From Azolla caroliniana (Eukaryota > Plantae > Polypodiophyta): a DNA stretch of 64,000 nt. This document shows positions 1 through 11,600 of the stretch, piece by piece. The notes beneath the pieces were generated by a model that saw only the letters and a list, made by a program, of their open reading frames with translations, did no database searches and was not told the DNA's origin. Position 1 is the first letter of the stretch. Each line of letters opens with the position of its first letter. Both the position numbers and the translations under genes were made by a program. The stretch spans positions 4,340,001 to 4,404,000 of the forward strand of contig JBHGNT010000022.1 in the NCBI GenBank assembly GCA_043228905.1, given 5' to 3'.

Positions 1-400
1 TTGTAAGAGATTTCGGATCTTCATGAAAGGTAAGAAGAAGATCTTTGACATCATTACGCAAACCTTGACAGAATTGATCCATTAGAGCCTCCTCATCCCA
101 AGGGATATCCCATGCCAAGAGACGGAAATCGCCTGCGTAAGTTGACGCGGAATGATCTCCTTGTCAGAGCCTTCGAATCTTGTTTATTGCCATCCTAGTG
201 CTGTCGGTATCTCCGAAGCTAGCTTGAAACTCCTTAACCAACGCCTCAAAATCCTCCAACAATGGTGATTTCTTCTCAAGGAGTGGTGCAAACCATCCTA
301 GTGTTGTACTGCTTAGCAAGGTTCCTACTAATCCCACACGAGCAGCTTCCATTGGGTAACGATTGGGATGTAACTGAATAACCAAACGTACTTGATTCAA
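1..400 (-). pseudogene. Ty3/gypsy (chromovirus-type, PEG10/Tcn1-like) gag fragment
   Basis: Translation LNQVRLVIQLHPNRYP..GWFAPLLEKKSPLL..FQASFGD..AINKIRRL*QG..YAGDFRLLAWDIPWDEEALMDQFCQGLRNDVKD is a Retrotrans_gag capsid pattern with a stop; runs off the window. Confidence 0.75.
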
Positions 401-618
401 ATAAATATAGTTTATAAATTCTTTACACATAAATATATCATTACAATGGTTAAGAACTTGACACATATATAACAAGGTTGTGGGTTTGATTCCTTGTAAA
501 CCCAAATCGTATGTAAGTGTCATTATGACACCACATTCCTCTTTCCTCCCCAAGCATAACGCTTCATGCACCATGCATGTGTCGCCTTTGTTTCGATCAT
601 CTTCATGGTCAAGGAACT

Positions 619-2200
619 TCAATCTTCCTTCTTTGTCAAACCAAGCTTGTCTTTGTTAGGCCTCATCCAAACATTGACTTTGAATACTCCTTGTAGCCCA
701 TGCTTCAAGTACATGCTCACATTTAGGCCTTTGGATGACCACATTGCATTTTTCCCACTTGTTCCTTTTTCATGGTATGCTCTCATGTGAAAGTTGACCA
801 TTGATTGTTTGACCTTTGTAATGGTGTCCTCTTTTGAGTTGGATATTGTGATCAAATACCAAAGAACGCACTTCAAATTCACTTCCTTCGTTTGGCCATC
901 GTCAAGCACCATTGTGCTTTGTTTAACCTCTTCATCATATGCATTAGCTTTGACCTTTGCGTCCTCGCCGCCACCTTCCTTTTCTTGGGTCTTTATTTGG
1001 TTTGGGTATGTCTCTTCGGTGATGGCCCTTTCTCCACTGACCGATATGTCCCCATCCACGATTCCCCAAATCTCTTGAAATAGTGGGGAGGAAGTCTTAG
1101 CACACTTGTCGTCCTCATTCATTGTCTTTTCCATAGCCACCTCTATCTCTAATTTGTTATACGTGGCCATCTCCTCAAATTGATGGGTTGCGTACCCATT
1201 GACCTTCTTGATCGAGCATGCCTCGATTATGCATGCCTCTTCATCATACACATCGGCTTTGACCTTCCTCGTTGCCACCTTCCTTCTCTTGGGTCTTAAT
1301 TTGATTTGGGTATGTCTCTTCGGTGATGGCCCTTTCTCCACCAACCGATATGTCCCCGTCCACCACTGCCCAAATCTCTTGAAATAGTGGGGAGGAAGTT
1401 TCGGCACACTTACCATCCTCCTTTGCCATGTCATCCATAGCCATCTTCATCCTGACATCGTTGTCCGCCATTGTTCTTTTGGTCGGCTGAATCTGCTTTA
1501 ACATCTCACTTGCTATTGGAGCCTTCCATCTTTGAACCATTGACCACGCCATGTCGGAATCATCTAGCCATCGACGACGCATGTCAAGCCGGTCACATGC
1601 TCTTCTTACCTCAACCCAATCCGTTATGAGACCATTGGGTTGTGTTTCATCCTCTAATAGACTACCTAGTTCCCGTCTATCGTTCACATCCACCGCCTTT
1701 AAGAAGCATAGAACCTTATCTTCTTCGAGAAACACCTGGTCGGTGCTTGGGAGATGATTGTACATTTTCTTGAATTCATTTTACAACCCCAATGCATTCA
1801 TGTTCTTCCCCTTCTTCTCGATCCACTTCATCAACGTGTGTCGAGTCATCCTCGATGCATCTTCAAGCATATATTCGGCCAAAAGTGCCCTTTTGAATCC
1901 CACCCATGTTGTTTGGGTGGCTTTAATCTCCCTTATATGGCCTTGTAACCCATTTTCCACGACACGTTTGAAGCTTGATATTTGTTTCTCTTCAATGAAA
2001 TCTCGTTGTTGCATCTCTGTCTTGTATATGGTGAAGAAATCCGTAATAATTCTTCCACCAAATTGGCCCGTTGTCTCAACGGTCCAATCGATGGCCTTGT
2101 CTAATCTTGAATCATTATCATGGGCTCTCATCATTCACTCGACAATAGCCACCAACTTCGCCACTTCATCAGCTTGGGTGTTTGTCGAAGAAGCCATCTT
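619..2200 (-). pseudogene. Degenerate gag-like region of LTR element G0
   Basis: Frameshifted ORFs 1781..2134, 1244..1765 and 619..1434 (GQFGGRIITDFFTIYKTEM..TWVGFKRALLAEY..FLKAVD) lie directly downstream of a PBS and LTR. Confidence 0.6.
949..1445. repeat. Diverged direct repeat of about 190 bp (949-1142 and 1258-1445)
   Basis: Both copies encode CAxTSSPLFQEIWxxVDGDISVxGERAITEETYPNQIKTQEKEGG. Confidence 0.85.
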
Positions 2201-2242
2201 CTAATATTCTATTTCAAGCACTTGAATCCTTCCTACCACCTC

Positions 2243-2260
2243 TTCATGTCAGGTTCACCA
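2243..2260 (-). promoter_or_regulatory. Primer binding site of G0, tRNA-Trp-like
   Basis: Minus strand TGGTGAACCTGACATGAA is 16/18 to the complement of the recalled plant tRNA-Trp 3' end (TTCACGTCGGGTTCACCA); both mismatches are CpG-type transitions. Confidence 0.65.
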
Positions 2261-2268
2261 CTTAATTA

Positions 2269-2995
2269 TGTCGTGAAAAATCCGTCACTATGTGTGGATC
2301 ATGAGGTGGAACCACCGGGGTTATGGACTAGAAGGAATTAGGCTCACACGCATAACACAAGCAAGATTTACACATAAGACAAGTAGATGAAAGAAAACAT
2401 CAGTTTATTGTAAAATAATAGATTCTTTTATAATATATGAATCAAGTTACAACGGGTTTGGTATGAATATGAGAGATAATTTATAAAGGAAAGAGGAAGC
2501 GAGGTGGAGAATAGAAGAGAGTGGAATGTAGAAGAAGGAGATTCTTTATTGATGATGCCTCTTGATGTTGTTCATCCGTCTTCTTTTGCCTTCCAATTGA
2601 GTAGAGCTTCCACGTTCCTTCTCCCTTCTCCCTTCTTCTTAAAAGTTTGTCTATATGAGTCGAGTTTCTTTTTATCACTATTTCTGTTCCGTAATGTCAA
2701 AACTAACATGCAAGATATTCTTAGAAAGCTCTTTCTGGTAGCTTTCTTATGCATATTTCCTTTTCTAATTTGGACATTGGATGAGGAAATTATGAGCTTT
2801 TTACTCGACCTTGCTCCTCATATCCACGCCTAGCTTTTCTTTTCCCATCTTTTTCTCTACTTTCGAAAAACCGCTTCTAACTTTTTATCCTTTCATTTAT
2901 TACTATAGTTTATTTAAAAACATTAATTTATTTGGACTACTATTTTATTTTCTTTTGAGGGTGGTTTCACACTATGTGTCGAAAACATCAGGACA
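2269..2995 (-). repeat. Probable 5' LTR of G0
   Basis: Ends TGTCGTGA...TCAGGACA form a 7/8 inverted match; 8 nt from the PBS; no second copy in the window. Confidence 0.55.
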
Positions 2996-3139
2996 ACACA
3001 AAAGACCCTATTACAAGATTAACATGGGATCCAGGGAGTTGGGTTTGGTCACATTAATTGGGGGAATAGATCATAAAGGTTGCATTCTTTCAATACTCAG
3101 TAAAACTTGGAAGGTCATTACTACTCTCTCATAATGCAA

Positions 3140-3840
3140 CGATACCAGCAACTTATAACATTGGACCACCTGGGGGGTTTCAACTTTGCATTTGAAAACC
3201 TATTAGAGATAGATTTGTTCATTTACGGGGCCAACTAAATTTATTCTCTTCATATGGCTATTACTGCATACGAAATTACCAGTTGGTCATTCATTGAAAG
3301 GGAATGTAATACCCAATCTTTGGCAATGTGGCTTTTGCCATGAAGTTCAGGAGACTGCCAAGCATGTCCTCTAGTCATGTCCCTTGGCTCAACAAGTATT
3401 GAATAAAGTACTTTTGTTATTCTTAACAATCAACATCGACTGCCTATTTTCATGGGGATCAGCGATGTGGGGAGTGTTACATTCCAGCTTGATGTTGTAC
3501 GAGACAGACGATGTTTAGGAGACAATGATGGTACAAAATAGAAGATTGATATTAGTTAGCCCCTTTCAGCAACCTCGAAAGCAGGTACGATTTGTCCAGG
3601 TTTGGAAAATAGGGACTATGATAAAACATTATGGGCATTATGGAAATGTAGATGCAACCGACTTTATGATGCGGAAGATCAACGTCTCTCAGATGTCTTG
3701 CTTGAGATATGGGAGAACTTGTTGGTAGCAGTTTGTTGCCAGTATGACAATATGCATGGTTCCCCAAAGACCGTGAATAAGAGAAGGAAGAAGCTTCTTC
3801 ACTTATGGAAAAAAGTTTCCCCTATTTATAGAGTCAACTC
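3140..3840 (+). mobile_element. LINE (L1-like) ORF2 C-terminal fragment with zf-RVT
   Basis: KFILFIWLLLHTKLPVG..CGFCHEVQETAKHVL*SCPLAQQV (CCHC), then LWALWKCRCNRLY. Confidence 0.75.
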
Positions 3841-4476
3841 AAGGGCCTCAATGGCACTATCGAATTCCATGGACCCTTTCTTGAATATCAGTAAATCATG
3901 GCACTGGGTAGCAGCAAATTCTAACACCTTCGACAAAGTCCTATCTTTGGTCTTACCTTTGGTCTTAGGATTATTGTACATCGTTGTACATCAAAGATTG
4001 TAAGCTAATCGAAAAAGAAGGAGAATTCAATGAGTTTGGTCATCTATTCCTATCATGCTAGATGTAGGTGCTGATGTTAGATGGACGTAGCTAAGAACAT
4101 GAGTTAAGATGGAGGAAGGAGGTGGTTGCGGTATATAGGAATGGAGACAATTTTGGCGGTAATCTTTGAGATGGTTGATGTGGACAATGAAGCATATTTT
4201 TTAGTTTAGATAAGGATGAGTGATGATGTTGGTGGGGGTTGAAATAAATTTTCATGAGGAGAGGTAGAGAGTACACTCATATTGTTTTTGTAGGTACAAG
4301 ACTTCGGTGATAATCGGCGATAACGAGATGATTGATGTGGACTTGAAGAAGCTAATTTTCTGTTTTTTGATCAGGATGAGTAGTGATGGTGTGGGGGTTG
4401 AAGAATATTATCATGGAGAGAGATCGCTTCCACACTCCTAGAGACAAAATGATGAATCAAAGAATGAGTTACAAAT

Positions 4477-4747
4477 TGACAAGAATACACGCTCCCGATG
4501 AACAACGCTCGGCTACAACCGAGCCTAGGATCAAACACAGAAAACGGGTAATGAACGCACGACACAATGAAGAGAAGAGTACACAGGATGTTAACGTGGA
4601 AAAAAACAAACTAGGGAAAAAACGACGGCAGCCCACAGACTTCAAACTATCACTATATCACAATGTACAACAGTAAAGCACCGAGGCAACGACCTCGAGC
4701 TTGCTATCTTCGCCATAGGCGGCGGTTACAACATAGGCAACGACCTC

Positions 4748-4785
<38 letters not shown>

Positions 4786-5237
4786 CACAGTTACGCACAC
4801 AAATCTTGCACCAACAAGAATGACAAAACTACCATTAAGTTTTCCTTAAGTCATATTTATACTAATATAACTTTTCGACTATTTACAAATATAGCCCCGA
4901 TGGACTCTCAGAAAACATATTGACGAATATGTCCCTTCATCCGGTGAGTACTTCTCACCGGGCCTTCACCATCCGGCTCTTGCCGGGTACTCGTCATCCG
5001 ATTCTCACCAGGTCTTCCGTAGCCGAGTACTCCACATCCGGTTCTCACTAGGTCTTCTGTTGCCGGGTACTCCACATCCAGTTCTCACCGGGTCTTCCGT
5101 TGCCGGGTACTCATCATCCGGCTCTCACTGGGTCTTCCTTGCTGGGTACACCACATCCGGTTTCGGCCGAGGCCGATAGGTTTGCTCATCAACACTGTTC
5201 TTCTCACTTCCCATTCGAAGGGACCTGTTTCCTAACA
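4477..5237 (-). mobile_element. Solo LTR of copia family B
   Basis: TG...CA ends, TSD CAAAT (4472-4476 and 5238-5242), reverse-complement similarity to the B4 LTR at 59912-60271, (CT)n tract and 40-bp internal repeats. Confidence 0.9.
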
Positions 5238-7252
5238 CAAATGAGGGGTGATCCTCATTATATAGGCCTAAGATGGCCGTTTGGACTAGGCATTGGGACT
5301 AGCTGTGGGGATAGGGTTGTCCCAACCTAGGGTGGTGGCTTCTTTTGGGACTAGGATTGGGCGCCTTGGTGAGTCCTAGTTAGTTTTGGGACAACGCCCC
5401 AGTTGGGGTAGAATAGGGATGCCACAAGTATTGACAAGTACTTTAATGCTCACTTATGAGAATCTTTCATTAATTGCCTATAATATTCCTATTACGAAAA
5501 TAGGAATATAGGCCCGTAATGGCGTGTCAGCTTCAAGTCGATTCAATTGTCAGCTTCTTCAATGGATCCTCCTTAGCCAATTCAAATCTTGGCTTCTTCA
5601 GCCGATTCAGCCTTTCCGCCTTTAGCTGATTCGGCTCGTGTTGAGCTTGTCTCTCAATACTCCCCCTCATGCTCAACTTAAGATCGTCGTCCACTCCGGC
5701 CCCTCTTGTGGGCATGCCTCCTGGCTCACGCTCCTCGAACCGTCTGGTCCCGTTCTCCTCGACCCATTTGGTCAGCTTGTCTGTTCCTTCGACCTTCATT
5801 GGCCTTCTCCTTGCCCTTTTAGCTTTGGTGCCCTCCAATCCGTCGGCTCTCCCACCTTGACATCTTCTTCAGCTACCCTCTCGCTCGATCGGCATTCTCC
5901 AAATTCGGCTCGTCCGAATCATCTGCTTTATCTGAATCGGCTATCTCTAATTCTTCTTCTCCATCGGATCTCCCCATGCCTTCAACTATCACCAACTTAG
6001 GCTCATCCGATTCGTTGCTCCCTTCTAATCCCACTCCATCTATTCTTTGATCTGCTCTCCCTCTCCAATGTGGTACATTGAGATGTTGAAGGCCAAGCTC
6101 TCGAAGAAGTGTCGTAACTTATCCAGTCCTAGCGCCTTTGTGAAGATGTCGGCCACATACCGATCAATACAAACATATCGGAGTTCAACTTCACCATTGA
6201 GGACCCGCTCGCGCAAGAAGTGATAATGCACTTTTATGTGCTTGGTGCAAGCATGGAAAAGGAGTTTTTTGTGAGTTGGATGTTGTTGAGGTTATCACAA
6301 TAAATTGGTGTTGGGTTGGTAACCTCCACTTATAGATCCTGCAGCAGTCGTCCGAGCCATATGGCTTTGCACATTGCGATAGCCACTCCCCGATATTCAG
6401 CCTCGGTGCTCGACAGGGCTATTGTCGGCTGTTTTTTCCTACAGTAGGCAATCGCCGAACTCCCCAAGGAGAACTCATATCCCGATGGTGATCGTCGATG
6501 GCTGATGTTTTCGACCCAATTCGTATCCATGTAGTCGACTATCTATTCGGTTACACTGGTCCGATCTAGCAACCCATGGTCCTTCGTTCCACTGACATAA
6601 GGCAATATTTGATTCGCACACTGAAGGTGCTCGAGCATTGTCTTTTGCATGAATTGACTTACAATGCTAACCAGATAACTCAGGTTTGACCGGGTGATTG
6701 TCAAATATATGAGGCTTCCAATGATTTCCCAAAACCGTGTCACATCACAAGCTGGTGTTGAGTCTTCGTGAAGCTTCTGGTTTCTATCCAAAGGAGTTAA
6801 GACGAATCAACAATTCACCATGCCAAATGTGTACAACATATTCAGGACATAGTGTCTTTGACTAATCACAATATGTCATCAAGGGTTCCAATCACTTCGA
6901 TCCCGAGGAAGTAATGAATGTCCCCCAGTTCCTTCATCTTGAATGTTGCCAACAACTGGGACTTTACATGCCTGATATCATCAAGGTCGGCATCGATGAT
7001 GACCAAGTCATCCACATACAAGAGAATGCACATTGGCCCTTTCTGACCTTGCTGGATGAGCAAAGAAGAATCAAACTTTGGCAGCTGAAACCCCATCTTA
7101 TGCAAGCGCTACATTATCTTTAAGTTCCATGCACGGGGGGCTTGCTTTAGTCCATCAAGGGACTTCTTTAGCTGTCAGACTACCAATTTGTTCATCATCG
7201 ATTGAAATATGGAGGGTTGAATCATATAAAACTATTTCTGAAGGTTACATTG

Positions 7253-7595
7253 TGTCACATTCTAAACTCAAACCTTTGACTTGTAACACATCTAGTACAT
7301 AGTGTTGTGTTACATAAACCATATGGAAACTCTTGAGTTATATATGAACTTGTATATGGTTTAGTATTGTATAGTCTAGCATAATATTCTAGTCATTAGT
7401 ATATTCTAGAAATATTCTATGGTATATTCTAGATAGGTATATTCTAGAGATATTCAATGTTGGAACTTGTATAAATATGTGTGTTCAACTAGATTACAAT
7501 CAACGTGAACAACACCAATTGTGGAGTCATTCAAGTTACCAACTCATCCATTTCATTTTCTTGTAGTCTCTTGTGCATATTATCTATCCATGACA
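7253..7595. mobile_element. 343-bp solo LTR inserted in A1 RT
   Basis: TGTCA...TGACA ends, TSD CATTG (7248-7252 and 7596-7600), splits the RT just after the DVKNAFL motif. Confidence 0.85.
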
Positions 7596-8068
7596 CATTG
7601 TAGGAATGCGTTCTTGACATCCATTTGACGTGGATGTCACCCCTTTGCTGCCACTAAGACTAGCACCACACACACCGTCGTCATCTTCACTATCGGCGCG
7701 AAGGTCTCATTATAATTGATGCCGTGTGTTTCTGCATAGCCCTTGGCTACCAGTCAGGCCTTGTACTTGTTGATGCTACCATCAACAATGTATTTCACCT
7801 TGGATGCCCACTTGCATCCGATTGGCTTGATTCCTTTCAGGGGATCAACTAGGTTCCAAGTCTCATTTTCGGCCAATGCTTTCATTTCTTCCTCCATTGC
7901 CGATTTCCATTTGGCATCTTGTGATGCCTCTGCGTAGCTTTCCGGTTCACTAACCTCAGCCACTTTATCCATGTACGCATAGAGGTGCACTATGTACTCA
8001 TTGTATCCATATAGGATCACGAGGTTCTTATGGCGAGTTGATCAACATAACTTCTCGTTAGATGATTT

Positions 8069-8665
8069 TGTTAGGAATATGTCCCTCTAGTGGGAGGAGT
8101 CGACTGCTTGGAGAGAGTCGACAGTCGAAGAGAGGGAGTAGCCGACTGATCGGATGAGAGCCGATGGTTGAGGAGTCGACTCAGAGAGAGTTGATTGAGG
8201 TCGAAGACACGACCGGCTAGGTGGGCCGACTGGATGGTCGATGACCAGGCCAACTAGACGGACCGACCCGACAGTCGACAAATGAGTCGGTTGATTAGTA
8301 AGACTACTATTATTATTATTGGATAATAAGAATGGATGTAATTGTGAATAGCCCATTTTGTGTATTAGTATAGATACACCTAGGGCAAACAGAACATGTA
8401 TGTGTGTGTGTGTGTGAGTCTCTATGGTGTAGTGTCAGAGAGAAGAGAAAAGAGTGTGAGGGAGTGTGAGTGAGTGACTGGTGCCATAGTTGTGATCAGA
8501 ACAACATACGCCAAGAGTCCTTCGACGCTATTTACACTCTGTGTAGAGAGTGTTGTACTCTGATCTCGTTGTTGTATATCCACTGTATAATGAAGCTCCA
8601 TTCTCTGTTATTTTCACCCGCTTTAGGGTTTCCACGTTGTCGTGGTGTGGCGTGTGCATTGTGAG
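8069..8665 (+). repeat. LTR of family C, right end not resolved
   Basis: Starts TGTTAGGAATATGTCCCTCTAGTGGGAGG, shared with the LTR at 13664; no matching TSD found. Confidence 0.6.
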
Positions 8666-11600
8666 AAAAAGCGAGGTTCCACACACATAAAATAGGGTTT
8701 TATGTTCCTTATGAGCGTGTAAGGCTCTTTTTTCTTATGAGTTTTAGGGTTGTGTTTTTTGCATGTACTTGTGAGTTAGGGTTTGGGTTAGGGTTCCTTA
8801 TATGACGACTTCTTAACATCTCGATGCTGGTCAACTCGGTGGCCGGTTGCAGAAGGGAGGTTGTAGTGGCACGAGAGCTACTCCGAATCGAGGCAACATA
8901 GCCGTCGGAAGTAGTCGGGCTTGGAGCCCACTAGACTCGCCTTCATCAGATTATTTTCAGCCCCTTGTGTGTTGATTAGTTGTTTTTGAATAATGATGAA
9001 ACTATTTCTATGTAAAAGAATCACATAAATCGTGGTATCTAACCTAACCGTTGTACAAACCCTAATTTTTGCAACATAACTCTTGTATATTTTTGTCTAC
9101 ATTTCTCCCTAACCTCGTCCGTATTCTCCTTGAACATTTGCTAATCATGGTGGTGAATCTCCCACTTCCTCACCCCTTGTGTCTCCCCGGTCCAAGGCCC
9201 CGGCGGTCCCGTTCGAGCATGAGAGACATGCTCGTGGTCAAAGCTCTCTCTCTAGCTGCCGGTACAATTTGGGGACAAGAAACCATACAAGATCAATGCC
9301 ATGACGTGGGAGGTGATGCATATGAAGACGACGACATACATTAGGTGCTTCATCAACATGAGCATGTACAACAACTTCAATGAAGAAAGTAAGGCTAGTG
9401 TGGTCTAGGAGAAAATCGGTACTATGCTAGAGAGTAAAAACATCGTAAATCGGGTTTTGATATTCCGGAAGTTAGTGAAACCCTGATACCAAGAAGGATC
9501 TAGCATGGCGGAGCACATGAATGCATAGCAGGGGCTCATAAACCAAACAACCTCGCTGGATGTACCTCTAGCCGACGAGGTACTTGCGTTGTTGCTGCTC
9601 GGTTCTCTCCTGGATAGTGGGGAGATGCTAGTTGTCACTTTGGGCAACGTTGGACCGGAAGGAAAACAGTTGCCCCTGGCAAGGGTAAAATCAAGCTTGC
9701 TGGATGAAGAAGCTCGCCGGAAGGACCGGGAGTCCGAAATCGATCCGAACTACTTGGTCATGGAAGATTACCATAACCGGGGAAGAGGCCGGATTCAGAG
9801 TCCCCAAAACCGGGAAAAATCGGGGATGAGGTCGAATTCAAGGGGGAGGCCCACTTGCTTTAATTTCAGAAAGCCGGGGCACTTCCAGAATAAATGCCGA
9901 CACTTCCGGAAAGCCAAAGGGGGAGCCGACATTCCGGAACCGAAGAAGATTTCGGAAAGGAGAGGAACCGTGGCGATCGCGCCAAGTGAAGAAGAACTAC
10001 TGCTAATCACCGGGGAGAGTGAGCTGCATCTTGTCAGTGATGAGACGATATGGGTGGTCGACTCTGGAGCGTCGTTCTTTATAACCCTCGACCGGAAATG
10101 TTTCTCATCGTACAGAGCCGGAGATCACGGTTCTGTCCGGATGGGAAATGATGGTGCATGCCGAATTGTCGGCATAGGAGACGTGTGGTTGACGATGTCA
10201 ACTAGGTGCAAGTTCTTGAAGGATGTCCAAGACGTTCCAAAGGTTCGGTTTAGGGTGCAGGTAGCATCCAGAATGGAGTCATGAAGTTTTACAAAGGGAG
10301 ACTGATCATGCCTCGAGCCTAGAAGATCAACACACTATACTTCATGCATGCCTGGATCTACTAAGAAGAAGTGAACATGGCATCAGAAAATGCCGGTGAG
10401 TTGTTGCACAAGAGGTGGTGCCACATGAGCCAGAAAGGGATGAGAAAACTTGCCGAAGATAACCTCATTCCGTGTTGGGAAATCGGTCTCTCCGGATGGG
10501 ATCCGGTGATGAATAAAGAGAGCCGGTGAGAACCGGAAGAGAAGACAAATTTGCAAATATGTCTTGAATAAGCCCATTGAGGCTATATTTGTAAATATAC
10601 CTAAGTTCATATAACTATAAATATGACTTAGGGCAATCACTTTAGTAGGGTGAGTGATTGTGTTGTTGTTACATATTGTTGTAACTGTTGTACCGAGAGA
10701 GAGAGAGAGAGAGAGAGATACAGAGCGATACTCTATTGTAACCGCCACTATGTGAAGAAATAGAGCTCGAGGTCGTTGCCTCCATGTCTCTAATTGTACT
10801 CCTTCTCTTCATAGTGATAGTTCGAAGTCTGTGGGCTCCCATGGTTTTTCCCTATTAGGGTTTTCCACATAAACATCTTCTGTCATTTTCTTGTGTACTC
10901 TCCACTTCCCATTTCTGTGTTCGATTCTTATAGAAGTGATTTACTTCTTAGTTGTGGCCGAGCGATATTCCGTGCATTTCTCTTCAAACTGGTATCAGAG
11001 CGAACAACACAGAAAATGGAAGAATCTTACGGCGGCATGTTCAAGCTCATCGGTTCCAACTACTCAGTCTGGAAGTCGAAGATGAGGGACATGCTGGTGG
11101 TTAAAGATCTTTGGTTGCCTGTTCAGTTCGGGGACAAGAGACCGGATAAGATCGATGTCACGGTGTGGGAGGTGATGCACATGAAGACAATGACATACAT
11201 CCGGTGCTTCATGGACATGAGTTTGTACAACAACTTCAATGAAGAGAGCAAAGCCCATGAACTCTGGGAGAAGATCGACATCATGTTCCAGAACAAGAAT
11301 GTCGTTAATCGGGTTTCGGTATTTCGGAAGCTATTGAGGCTCCGGTACCAAGATGGCTCCAGTATGGTGAACCACATGAATGCCTTCTAGAGGCTGATAC
11401 ACCAGTCGGATGAGACCAAGTCAAGATACGGATTCTGAAGAAGGCCCTTAACGAGACCTTCTCAATGAAAGAATTGGGTCTGGCAAGATAGGTATTGGGA
11501 ATGCACATCATCCGGGACCGGTTGAAGAAGCAATTGTGGCTGTCACAAGAAAAGTATGTGACAAAGGTGCTTCAGCGGTTTAACATGTTAGAAACAAAAC

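Larger units (their letters stand above)
4396..8068 (-). mobile_element. Copia element A1, 3' part (RT, RNase H, 3' LTR about 4396-5659), degenerate
   Basis: [21 protein letters not shown] and HYHFLRERV motifs; PPT at 5660-5668; left LTR boundary approximate; interrupted by two solo LTRs. Confidence 0.8.

Noticed and set aside
2481-3134. Small hydrophobic ORFs as host membrane proteins
   Set aside because: They lie mostly in a T-rich probable LTR and have no gene structure or motifs.
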